Source: Rhizophagus irregularis (Eukaryota). Taken from it: a DNA stretch of 64,000 bases. A program made the translations under genes and the position numbers. The first letter of the stretch is position 1. Each line of letters begins with the position of its first letter. Shown piece after piece: positions 12,643 through 23,839 of this stretch. The notes under the pieces are model-generated. The model ran no database searches, was not told the DNA's origin, and was given only the letters and a program-made list of their open reading frames with translations. Location of the stretch: contig NC_089433.1 in NCBI RefSeq assembly GCF_026210795.1, positions 4,154,001-4,218,000 on the forward strand, in the 5' to 3' direction.

Positions 12643-14436
12643 ATAGGAATTGAAAAAAATGAAATTAAAGCATTTAAATTATATAATGAAGCAGCTGAAA
12701 AAGAATATATTGATTCAATTAATAATCTTGGATATTGCTATCAACATGGAATAGGGACTAAAAAAAATGAGGTTAAAGCATTTGAGTTATATAATGAAGC
12801 AGCTGAAAAAGAATATATTGATTCAATTAATAATCTTGGATATTGTAATCAATATGGAATAGGAACTGAAAAAAATGAAATTAAAGCATTTGAGTTATAT
12901 AATGAAGCAGTTGAAAAAGAATGTATTGATTCAATTTATAATCTTGGATATTGTTATCAACATGGAATAGGAACTGAAAGAAATGAGGTTAAAGCATTTG
13001 AGTTATATAATAAAGCAGCTGAAAAAGAATGTATTGATTCAATTTATAATCTTGGATATTGTTATCAACATGGAATAGGAACAGAAAAAAATGAAATTAA
13101 AGCATTTGGATTATATAAAAAAGCTGTTGAGAATGATGATATTGATGCAATATATAGACTTGCAGAATGTTATGAATATGGAATAGGAACTGAAAAAAAT
13201 GAAAATGAAGCATTTGAATTATATAAAAAATCAGCTGAAAAAGGAGATATTGGTGCAATATATAGACTTGTGGAATGTTATTGTTATGGAATAGGAACTG
13301 AGAAAAGTGATATTAAAGCATTTGAATTATATAAAAAGTTGGCTGAAAAAGGAGATATTGATTCAATATATAATCTTGCAGAATATTATTATTATGGAAT
13401 AGGAACTGAAACAAATGAAATTATAGCATTTAAATTATTTAACAAAGCAGCTGCAAAAGGTCATATTGATTCCATATATCAACTTGGGGAATGTTATTAT
13501 TATGGTGTAGGAACTGAAAAAAGTAAAATTAAAGCATTTGAGTTATATAATGAAGCAGTTGAAAAAGGGCATGTTATTTCAATATATCAACTTGGAAAAT
13601 GTTATCAACATGGAATAGGAACTGAAAGAAATGAGGTTAAAGCATTTGAGTTATATAATAAAGCAGCTGAAAAAGAATATATTGATTCAATTTATAATCT
13701 TGGATATTGTTATCAACATGGAATAGGAACAGAAAAAAATGAAATTAAGGCATTTGAATTATATAAGAATGCAGTTGAAAAAGGAAATATTGATGCAATA
13801 TATAGACTTGCAGAATGTTATTATTATGGAATAGGAACTGAAAAAAATGAAACAAAAGCCTTTAAACTATACAATAAAACTGCTGAAAAAGGTCATATTG
13901 ATTCAATATATAATCTTGGAAAATGCTATCAATATGGAATAGGAACTGAAATAAATAATTTTAAAGCATTTGAATTATATAATAAAGCTGCTAAAAAAGG
14001 CCATATTGATTCAATTAATGATCTTGGATATTGTTACCAACATGGAATAGGAACTGAAAAAAAAGAAAGTAAAGCATTTGAGTTATATAAGAAATCAGCT
14101 GAAAAAGGAGATGTTTATTTAATATATAATCTTGCAGAGTGTTTTTATTATGGAATAGGAACTAAAAAAAATGAAATTAAAGCATTTAAGTTATATAAAG
14201 AAGCTGCTGAAAAAGGTCATCTTACTTCGATGAATAATCTTGGAGAATGCTATCAATATGGAATAGGAACTGAAAAAAATGAGATTAAAGCATTTGAATT
14301 ATATAGTGAATTAACTGAAAAGGGCCACATATATTCAATATATGATCTTGGATATTGCTATGAGAATGGAATAGGAACTGAAAAAAATGTAATTAAAGCA
14401 TTTGAATTATATAAGAAATATGAAAATAAATTATAA
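12643..14436 (+). pseudogene. 5'-truncated Sel1-like repeat array (about 16 repeats of 36 aa), paralog of the gene at 29870-34576
   Basis: Open frame from 12643 (TGA immediately upstream; no ATG until near the 3' end). The first ~270 nt are identical to 31683-31954. No kinase exons seen directly upstream. Confidence 0.8.
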
Positions 14437-15633
14437 ATTTATAATTATTTCCTTGTCTTGCTACTTGGCTCAATAGTATTTAATATATGGTGTAATATTC
14501 TTAAATAGACTATTTAGTGAAGATGAATTCCGAATAATAATAGTACATTATTAATATAACAATAACTGAATATTTAAATCAAACTCAAAATAAAAACATG
14601 TTACATATTAGCTATATCCTGGCTAATTAGGAATATATAACTATTCCAATTAGCTATATTTATATGCTATTAAATATGTTCTTTTCTGATTAAATTTACC
14701 ATCACGACTTTAAATTAAATGAACCCAAGAAATATGTATTATTTTTTATTTTATAAGATTAATATATTCTCAGGCAATTTTAATAAATTGTTCAAAAAGT
14801 TGCCCGAAATTTCTTTAATTATTCTATTTATTGATAACTGATAAGTATAATATTTGGTAACGTAAATCTACCAGATTGAAGCTATTTGGAATCTATTTGA
14901 CCCTACATACGTGTTTTATTGTTACTGAATTTATGTGATTCGAATATTAATATATTTACAGTGTCAAATAACAAAAAGAACTAATAAATTCGTTCATTTG
15001 ATTTTTTAGTGTAGTTATTTATTAATTTATATATTGTAAATATTTTTCTTTAAATTTACTGGTAGCATTATCATTTTCTGCCTCTAATATTTTTAAATAT
15101 TGTAAAAAAATCTCATGATAATGGGAAGAGCACATCGCAAGTGAAATTGTAGGCTCATTTTCTTCTCAAAGAATAGTACCGACTGTTGACAAAGTTTTTA
15201 GGCCAGCAGGTGACAGCACATGAAAAATAAATCTCAAAACTGAATTATTAACTGAACTGTTCATTGTGAAATAAGAGGCAGGGCTATAATTTTAATAAAA
15301 GCAGTATTTACATAAAGTAGAGTTTGAACTCGAACCAGGGTGAGTCAATTCAAGTAAGTCAGTTGAATTAGGACTCGTGTTAAGACAAAACTGAAGCTAT
15401 AATATTGGCCAACCTCTCACCTCTAACAGCAATACAGGCTAACATTATGATAATTCTGGCCGGCATTACCGATCACATGCCAAAAATTCTTGATGAGTGC
15501 GAGTCCAAGCTTTAAAATAAAGCCTATGGCCTGTATTCTTAAATAAAGATTCTTTAATAAAGAAGGTTCTTCTATCTGTTAATACCATTCTTGAACTACT
15601 GCTACTTGTAAGTTGTAAAGTTTGTATTAGTTA

Positions 15634-16129
15634 CACAGTGAAATTCGATAAACCGGATCTTTGATAAACTAGATTTGGGCTTAAACCGGACTTTTTTGCT
15701 GGAACCAAATACTGTAGTAACCAAATCACGTATATTAAAATAAGTTTTGATATACCAGAGTTTACTAGTAAAAGCTCGATATTCGCTATAACGGATCAAT
15801 TTTCTAACAAAAATGATTTGATAAACTAGATCACGTGATCATTAACCAATAAAATTTAAGTAACGTGATGCGGTAAATCTTAATTTTGGCCAGAATTATA
15901 AAAATCTTAATTCCAGCTGAAGTTATGTATTACTTATATCTTCAATTAAAAATATTTTATATTCATTTCATGAACTCTATGACTTAAAACTAAGATGAAA
16001 AACTTAAATCGGCGTATATTAGTTTTATTAGCATGAAATTCAGTATAATAGATTTTCAGTATATCAAAATTTTTTTGCTATACCAGATATCCCGGAACTG
16101 ATAGATCCGGTTTATCGAATTTCACTGTG
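15634..16129. mobile_element. MITE with 27-bp perfect TIR
   Basis: CACAGTGAAATTCGATAAACCGGATCT ... AGATCCGGTTTATCGAATTTCACTGTG, flanked by TAGTTA on both sides. The TIR core resembles pogo-type CAGT.AAA.TCGATAA ends. Confidence 0.85.
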
Positions 16130-16969
16130 TAGTTAAAAAAAATCATTTAAATATGACACAGCAATATCTAGAGATAGTGGTAATTCATTCGTATAAAAAT
16201 GAATAATAAACTAAGTAATGGAGTGCTTCTATCTAATATACCGTATCTCATAATATGAAATTTGTATAAAAATGTCCAAATAACTGAAGTGTTGAGTTCA
16301 TTAAACTTAAGCGTAAGAGGGGGCATAAAAAATACAAAGTATCATATGTTTCAATATTTTTCGCAACAATTAATCCAATATTCCAATTAATTGCTCATTT
16401 GGCAAATAATTTAATTCAAGAATTTTTCGAAAAGGGCAATCGAGTCGAATGTACTGACTGTACTTGATGTATTAATGTAGCAATATATAAAATAAATATG
16501 GATTTTACTTTCTTATTTTAAACTGATTATAAAGTATAAGAATATTATTAATATCTAAAAATTAGCGAAATCAAATGTAAATAATCTGATGTATATTAAT
16601 AAACTAAATAGACAAAAAGTTTCTAAAATTTCATATATAATCATTTTATAGTGGCATATTATTCTATTATTTATTTTTATTTTATGTAAAGTCGGAAGGA
16701 ACTATCTAAGAGAGCATTAATCCATGAGAATAGGCCCAACATTAGTTCCATCATCCATTCCATAGAACGGATCCTACCTAATTGTTATATATAGACTGGT
16801 CCAACAACACGACCGATGAAGGAACAGGTACCATGAAACCGAGGACGAACAAAACTAAAAAAGGAGTTCTAGTCTATCATGCGTATTTTTCTTTTAACTA
16901 TTACTAGCTATTGTATGTAAATACTGTCATATACAAAATGATATATTATAAAAAAGGTCCGTAAATGTT

Positions 16970-17080
16970 TTTTTGTGGGTGTATATAAATTTTGGATGTC
17001 TATATAAGTTTTGGGTGTCAAATAAAATTTGGGTGTCTATATAAAAATTGGGTGTCTTTTGTTTAAAATTTGGGTGTACT
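16970..17080. repeat. About 6 tandem copies of a 19-22-bp unit immediately downstream of the ORF stop
   Basis: TTTTGGGTGTCTATATAAA-like units. Confidence 0.85.
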
Positions 17081-17081
17081 A

Positions 17082-18923
17082 TTAGTTAAAAGGGTAAATA
17101 TCCGAATCAGGCGTAGGTGGTAAATCATTTTTCTTTCTCCGAGGTCGCGCAATAGGTCTCTGGGGTGAATCAATAATAGTTCGACTAGGACCAGGTGGAG
17201 GTGTATTACAATTATCAACGGTATTCGTAGAAGGGGTTTTCATTTTAGACCAAGGTCGTGCTATTTGTCTCAGGAGTAAATTATTAATAGGTTGATTAGA
17301 ATTAGGTGAGGGTGTGTCATCATTAGCCAAAGCGTTTAAACGAGCTTTTTCTTTTGCACTAGGATAAACCATGGACGGCAATGTAGGTTTGACAAGCGAT
17401 AAAACGGGTGTCGAAACAGCGGTAGAATTTTGACCAGAAGCCAACCTAAATCGGGCACTTTCATATCGAGAAACGCTCAAAGCGTAATCTACAAAAGGAA
17501 CAATTTGAGGTTGTGTGGGGTAACTAATGATTTGAGGAGGAGATGGTTGTCTAATAATAGGAGGGTGTAAATTTTTGCGATCCATATAATTATTATAAAG
17601 CCTCTTGGCCTTCAAATAGCCATATTGACATTGAGGAATTGTGGACAAATCATATCGCCTTCTAACTTTATAAGCGAATAAATTAATGTTATATGTTTGG
17701 AAATAATAATTCCGAGCATCACCACTAAAATCAACAGGTAGTGTGGGTAAAATTTTCTTGAGTTTATTACGATTATTAACGCGTCGTCGCCAATTCTTGG
17801 CACGTTTCCGGGTAAGTTGATCCAATACTTTATCCTCCTCAGATTTCTCATATGAGAGATCCCGTTCCACAAGATGAGATACTTTTTTAAATACTGTAGA
17901 ATTTTCTTTTAATAGAAAGGGTTTACTATGATATAAGTATTCTTCATGTTTGATGATCGATTCTTTTAAACGATTCCATCTTTTGACTTGTTGTGGTGTT
18001 CTTTTATCGTAAAACTCAACATTTTTGTATTCTTTGTAAAAAGGTCTTGTTGTAGATTTACCTTTACGATTAGTTGTGATAGGTTCCATCACCTCTTTTA
18101 AATCGGAATTGTTCTTTCCTTTCCATTCATTATAACGTTTAATAATTACATTATATTTTAAACCTAAACGTGTTGAGTGAACTTCTTTCCATGGATTAAA
18201 ATTAACATTTTTGTAATCTTCTCCTCTCCGTTGTGTGGTATTTGATCTAAACCCCGGTACAGGAGTAAAATGTTGATTGCATTGCCATTGATTATTTGGA
18301 AGTACAAATGCCGCTGGTTGGGTACAAGTATTACTACAGCGAAAATAAAATCCAAGATAGATCATGTGAGTTCCAGAACTAAACCGGATATAAGTTTTGG
18401 TTTGTCTATTTTTAGCCGAATAAGAAAGTCTATTTTTAATCGCTATTAATTTTTCTATTAATAGTTGGCGTAAACGTTTAAAATACTTTTTCACAATATC
18501 AGGTGAAAATTGTCTGTTGATAGAAAATATAAATGCAAGATATGTCCCTATTAAGTAATTAAGATTGATCTTTTTACTAGTTGAGTTGAAGATCCTCTGA
18601 TGATCATTAAGCATATCAATATCATTGGTGTAGACGTTGAAAGAATTTTTCTTTGTTAAACAAAGATCAGCATTTGGGTGTAACTCCATAAGGAAGTATC
18701 TACTTTTTTTGGTGTTATACAAGGTACCACTACCTCGTGTATCGCTAACTATATATGGATTGAGCTTGTGAGTTTGAAACGAATAAGCAAAAATATTACG
18801 TATTTTGTGTAAAGATTTCTTGTTGTAACCATCCTTATCAAGAACGGTCACGTGCGATTTAGAAACAGAAGCGTCAGAGGGGTTTATTTTCCCAAAGGAA
18901 GGTAAAATATTCAAAGGTGTCAT
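17082..18923 (-). CDS. 613-aa basic hypothetical protein with a C-x3-C-x14-C-x2-H motif and a Pro-rich disordered C-terminus
   Basis: Uninterrupted ATG-to-stop ORF, K/R-rich, containing CSNTCTQPAAFVLPNNQWQCNQH. No RT (YxDD), APE or DDE motifs recognised. Confidence 0.85.
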   Translation of the reverse strand: MTPLNILPSFGKINPSDASVSKSHVTVLDKDGYNKKSLHKIRNIFAYSFQTHKLNPYIVSDTRGSGTLYNTKKSRYFLMELHPNADLCLTKKNSFNVYTNDIDMLNDHQRIFNSTSKKINLNYLIGTYLAFIFSINRQFSPDIVKKYFKRLRQLLIEKLIAIKNRLSYSAKNRQTKTYIRFSSGTHMIYLGFYFRCSNTCTQPAAFVLPNNQWQCNQHFTPVPGFRSNTTQRRGEDYKNVNFNPWKEVHSTRLGLKYNVIIKRYNEWKGKNNSDLKEVMEPITTNRKGKSTTRPFYKEYKNVEFYDKRTPQQVKRWNRLKESIIKHEEYLYHSKPFLLKENSTVFKKVSHLVERDLSYEKSEEDKVLDQLTRKRAKNWRRRVNNRNKLKKILPTLPVDFSGDARNYYFQTYNINLFAYKVRRRYDLSTIPQCQYGYLKAKRLYNNYMDRKNLHPPIIRQPSPPQIISYPTQPQIVPFVDYALSVSRYESARFRLASGQNSTAVSTPVLSLVKPTLPSMVYPSAKEKARLNALANDDTPSPNSNQPINNLLLRQIARPWSKMKTPSTNTVDNCNTPPPGPSRTIIDSPQRPIARPRRKKNDLPPTPDSDIYPFN

Positions 18924-19366
18924 AATAATAAAACTATTTGGTATACTATTATAAAATACTCTCTAAAAGCAACAGGGTATATTAAGGAGAACTTTCCGTC
19001 GAGGCCACCAAGTGGTCCTCTCTCCTTGTTTACTAACAATAAAGGTTAAAAAATAAAATAAAAATTTGTTTTACTGCGGAATTTTATAAAATCTGACGGA
19101 AAGGGGAGAGAGTTTTTTTTTCTGGCATATTATTCTATATTAATGTTGCAGATTAACGCTACCAAATATGGAATGCACGTGATCTGGGTTGATCTTCCGC
19201 AGACTGATCTGAGGCACAACATTAATATTTAACCATCTAATGTTGTTGGATAATTTATACATAAGGTATGGCGAAAATATCTGTTTATAAAACACTATAA
19301 GGATCGTTGCATTAATTACCGTAAATATTGTCAAAACGCAAGATAATATGAACAATCTCAAAAAAG

Positions 19367-20389
19367 TAGTGCTTCGATCTGGATGAAATGAAAACCATTA
19401 TCCGGATTATACAGTACAAAAGGATTATATCCGGATTGGGTTTACACATAAAAATTTTTTGACTGCGGACTAAATGATGATAGTCTATAATAAATTCGTA
19501 TAGCATTTCAAAATGTTTATTAATAGAAAACTTCCCAAAAATAATCATTGAAATCTGCAAAAAATACTAAAAATAATTTAAGAATAAATATTAGCTATGA
19601 AATAACAGCAATTTATTGACATTACTTTTTTTAAAAACAATTTTATAGTTCCAACTTAACTGTTTTTAACCTAACTGTTTATTTAACGTATCTCACTCGT
19701 TCTTAAAAAGTTTTTAAAGTAAATGTATGATAGAGAGTCTCTTAGGATTAGAATTAGAATTAGTTTAAGGATAAACTAAAAAAATCTTTTACGTAAAAAT
19801 TTATGATATTTTTTTCCGATTCTAATTTTTATCGAAATTCATTTTTTTAAAGCTAGAGGAGGATGAGGGATCTTATTGCCTCATTGGATAAAAAGCATTT
19901 ACAATAAATACAGTTTAAGTCGATTTGACTAATTTATTTTAAAAATCAAAATCGGCCAGTTAGTTTGATAATTTCTAATTATTCATTGATCTGAATTATT
20001 AAATTTCAACATTTTTTTTTAAAAAAAAAATTACCAATAAATATTTTAAAAAATCATATTTGGACATACCTAGATTTTTCTAAAAAATCTGGACATTAAA
20101 CAAAAAATTAAGTTGAATCTCAATGTATTATTTTTACAGTTTTTACTTATTAAAAATTCAAAGAAGTGTGGCGAAACACGTTAAAAATATATTAGAATAT
20201 AAATTTGTTTAAAATTATAATTTATAGTAACAAATCAACAAATCAAAAAATAGTTTTGGTTCATGTATTGTATTAAGGCGTTTTATTTGAGAAAAAATCC
20301 ATCCGGGTTTCGGTTCAAGCCGGATATTTTTCATTCGGTTTATGAACCGGATGAAAGCGGATCAATCCGGATAAATCCGAGTATCATTA
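19367..20389. mobile_element. Degenerate hAT-like element remnant
   Basis: TCCGGAT/CCGG subterminal clusters at 19370-19440 and 20300-20380, with TAGTG.../...CATTA ends. No clean TSD. Confidence 0.35.
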
Positions 20390-22793
20390 CGTGGAAGTAA
20401 AGTAACAAAGAAATCTGGAAGTTATGATTATGATATGATAACAAACGTCCACATCAAAGAATGGTAATTTACGAAACACAAATGGGCGTAACGATCAATA
20501 TGTAATTAATAAATTTTTGCGATCACCTTTACATCATCACGTGCCGGTGGACATCCTATCAGATATCACCTTTGCGTAGAATTACTGTATATAGCATTCG
20601 TTACACTTCGGAATTAAAAATTCTTATAGCCTATATGATTGCAAATATATTATTAATATTTAGCCATTGGCAAAAAATGTCAGTCCATCAAAATCACCAT
20701 ATTCTGACATAATTATTAATGGTTACGGATTTTAAAAAAAGAATGTGAAAAAAATACCCTTCCGAATATATTTTATCTAAATATATTAATAAACTAGCAC
20801 TTCTCAATAAATAAGACAAAGCGAAATTGAAATTAGTTGAATACAATTTTGTGTTAACCAAAAATTTATTGTCTTTTTAAAGTAATAATTAACTTCGATT
20901 ACCGTATTTAATATTTGTCTATTTCACATTATTCCAAAAAGATAGTAAGAATATCAATTTCTTTCTTATCTAGTACGACTAGTACGACGATAAATCTACG
21001 TACGATTGTACCTGCATTTTTAGTTTTCAGCCTCTTTGAGATAATATCAAAAAAATCAACATACGTTAAATATAAAAATATTCTTACACAACGGGCAAGA
21101 AATATTTTTTCATACATTACAATATATTAAAAGTAAAGTTCACGTTCTGATCCCATAAATGACTCATTTAAGGAAACATAAAATAAAATTGGTCAGGTAA
21201 TCTTATATCAGATATGTAATGTTATTAATTATGATATTAACTAGTCTTTTTTTTTTTGACAATTAAAAATACTAGAAATATAATTTTAATCAGAGTTGTC
21301 AATTTCACCGCGTGAATTAGTCTAGTCACCAGACATACTTCGTATCATCGTATCATCGTAACATTGTATCATGCGATTTATGTGTAACGTAACTTAAACT
21401 CATTCCAGCGCGTGAAAGTTATAATAAAAATCGTTTACAATTAACATGGTTTAATCCGATTTACAAAATTCCGTCATTTTTGAGTTGATTGGTGCTTTAT
21501 TATTGTAAAATTTTTTTTTTTATTAAGTTTTATGAATTTAGTTTGTTTATTTGTTTACATATTCTATACATTCTACGTAGTAAACGCAAAGCATAATTGT
21601 TATATTTAATGTTGTTTATGTATTGACGATAAGCGTGCGTTGAGCATTTCCTTGTTTAATTATTTTTATTATTATTAATCCGGTCGATCCCAGCTAATGT
21701 GATTAATTCTGACCAGCTTTAAGAATACCCAAATGACGATAATGTTGGCTGACATTATAATCGATTTAACAACTACTACTTTGATCGTCTCAAATTAAAA
21801 AAAAAAATTTCTACAAAATATATCGAAATCGAAAAAATTTTTATTATCTTCACTTTTTGAAAAAAAAAAATAAAATAAAAAATTTCTTGCAAAAAAATTG
21901 CGTCTATAATAAAATAAACAAATATTGGGTGTACTGTAATTTATGATACATGCAGTGCATATTCATTTGTGTAATAAATTAATGCAGAAAAATTAAGTGA
22001 ATGTATATAAAAGGAAAATAAGAATTATTCCTTTTATTTCTTCTTTTCTTTTTTATTATAACGCTTTATGCATACACGTGCATATATATACACTATATAC
22101 ATATATATTTTTGGAAGGATGTTTTTTTTGGGCGTTGTTTGAACGAAGATTGTTCATCATAAAATTCCGTTAAACTGTAAAAAAAAAAATTAGTAAAATA
22201 TTTATTTATTTTTTTTTTTATAAAATTACAAGAATTACAAGGATCATATATATTAAAGAGCTTTGTTTCATATATATTAATTAATGAATTTTCATTAATG
22301 CTAATTAACATTAATTAATATATTTTTCTTTTTTAAAAAAAAAAAATGAAACCAAAATTTAATTTTAATGTTTTACTTCTAAAGAAGCATTATTATTAGG
22401 TAAGATTATACATACGTATTATAAATTTATTTATCCTGTAAAATACCGTAAATCAGACATTGAGTTACAAATAATTTTAATATCTTTATCAAAGAAATTC
22501 ATTCATAACGTATGTATTCCATATTCCTTTCCACGTTCATAAATATTTACCCTTTATTTACATTTACCAACTAACCTACTAACCGAATATACGTTTAAAA
22601 AATAATTAATTGGTAGTATCCGCATAATTAAAAATTCGTGTGACACAAATAAATGGATCACTCATCATTATATAATTATAATATAAATATCGGGCTCATA
22701 AGTAATTTCAAAATACCGTCACTCTTCTACTGCAAGTGCAAGAACTGTCGTTAAAAAAAAAAATAACTATAAATAAAATCAAAAAAATATATA

Positions 22794-23498
22794 ATGTATA
22801 TTAAAAAAGCTTGTATAGAAGATAGTAATAGACCAAAAAATGAAAATGATAAAGAAAAACGTTTTTCTTTGATTGTAAAAAGGGAAGAAAAAATTAATTC
22901 TTCCATTCCTTCAAATATACAAACATATACTACCACTAAAATATTATCTACTCCAACTTCTACAATAAATCCTGGAGGTTCAAATAATTCAAATATATCA
23001 AGTATATTCTCAGGAAGTAATCCGTATCATAAATCATTTATAGCCAGTATGATAATAGCGATATTAATTGCCGTAATATTTATTGGCTTTATCATAAAGA
23101 AATTGGTCTTTTACAAAATACATATTAATCAAGGTCAATTATTAGATTCAATGGCGAGTAGTAGCATAAGTGAATATAGTAGTAATTATGATTTACGATC
23201 ATCAAAATTTAACGCAACTTTGACTGAATCCAATCTTGAAAACAATAATTCTTTATTATTAATAGAAATAGAACAACAAAGTAATATTAATAATATTACT
23301 AATAGCGTTATTAGCGATGAAACTATTAGCGAAATCACAAATGTAAATTCAAATTTAACTAGCGATGTGATTGATGCATTAAATTATATTCCAAATAATT
23401 CTGTTTCGGAAATTTCTGATGATAATTCTAGTATTGATATAGATTTAGAACTACCTTCTTCAAATACTGATGTTAATTGGGAAGAATGTATGAAATAG
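22794..23498 (+). CDS. Hypothetical single-pass membrane protein with Ser/Asn-rich acidic tail
   Basis: 234-aa ORF with a Ser/Thr-rich stalk, the hydrophobic stretch FIASMIIAILIAVIFIGFII, then KK. Confidence 0.65.
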   Translation: MYIKKACIEDSNRPKNENDKEKRFSLIVKREEKINSSIPSNIQTYTTTKILSTPTSTINPGGSNNSNISSIFSGSNPYHKSFIASMIIAILIAVIFIGFIIKKLVFYKIHINQGQLLDSMASSSISEYSSNYDLRSSKFNATLTESNLENNNSLLLIEIEQQSNINNITNSVISDETISEITNVNSNLTSDVIDALNYIPNNSVSEISDDNSSIDIDLELPSSNTDVNWEECMK

Positions 23499-23839
23499 AA
23501 TTTTTAAGCATTTATTTTTATAAGTCATACAATTCTATAATTCTATGACAATTGTGTAATACGATTATTAGTAAGCTTCGTGGTCGATCACATGACTGTT
23601 GATCATTGTTATGTCTATAAATACCCCTTTTCAAAAAAAAAAAAATTACGAAAATTTTTTTTCTTTTAAATTGTAAATTGTAAATAGTTTTAGAATTTAA
23701 TAAATCTTTTAAATAAAAAAACAGATTTTTTTGATTAACATTTTTAAAAACTATTTTAAACTATTGATAAATTGAATTAACACAAACAATTATTAAATGT
23801 GTAATTTATTTTGATTCACGATTTTTTTTATCGAAGAAA

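Larger units (their letters stand above)
16668..19122 (-). mobile_element. Retroposed, non-autonomous element carrying one intact ORF
   Basis: Perfect 16-bp TSD TGGCATATTATTCTAT at 16652-16667 and 19123-19138. The minus-strand 3' end is AAAATAAAAATAAATAA. Intronless, no TIR or LTR, visibly more GC-rich than the flanks. Confidence 0.85.

Noticed and set aside
15342..15376. Hairpin GAGTC-AATTCAA...TTGAATT-AG-GACTC as an ncRNA
   Set aside because: It is an isolated stem in a TE-debris region, with no family features.
16813..16840. Hammerhead-like CCGATGA...GAAAC
   Set aside because: The core has C instead of the conserved U4, stems I-III are not convincing, and it is antisense to the element.
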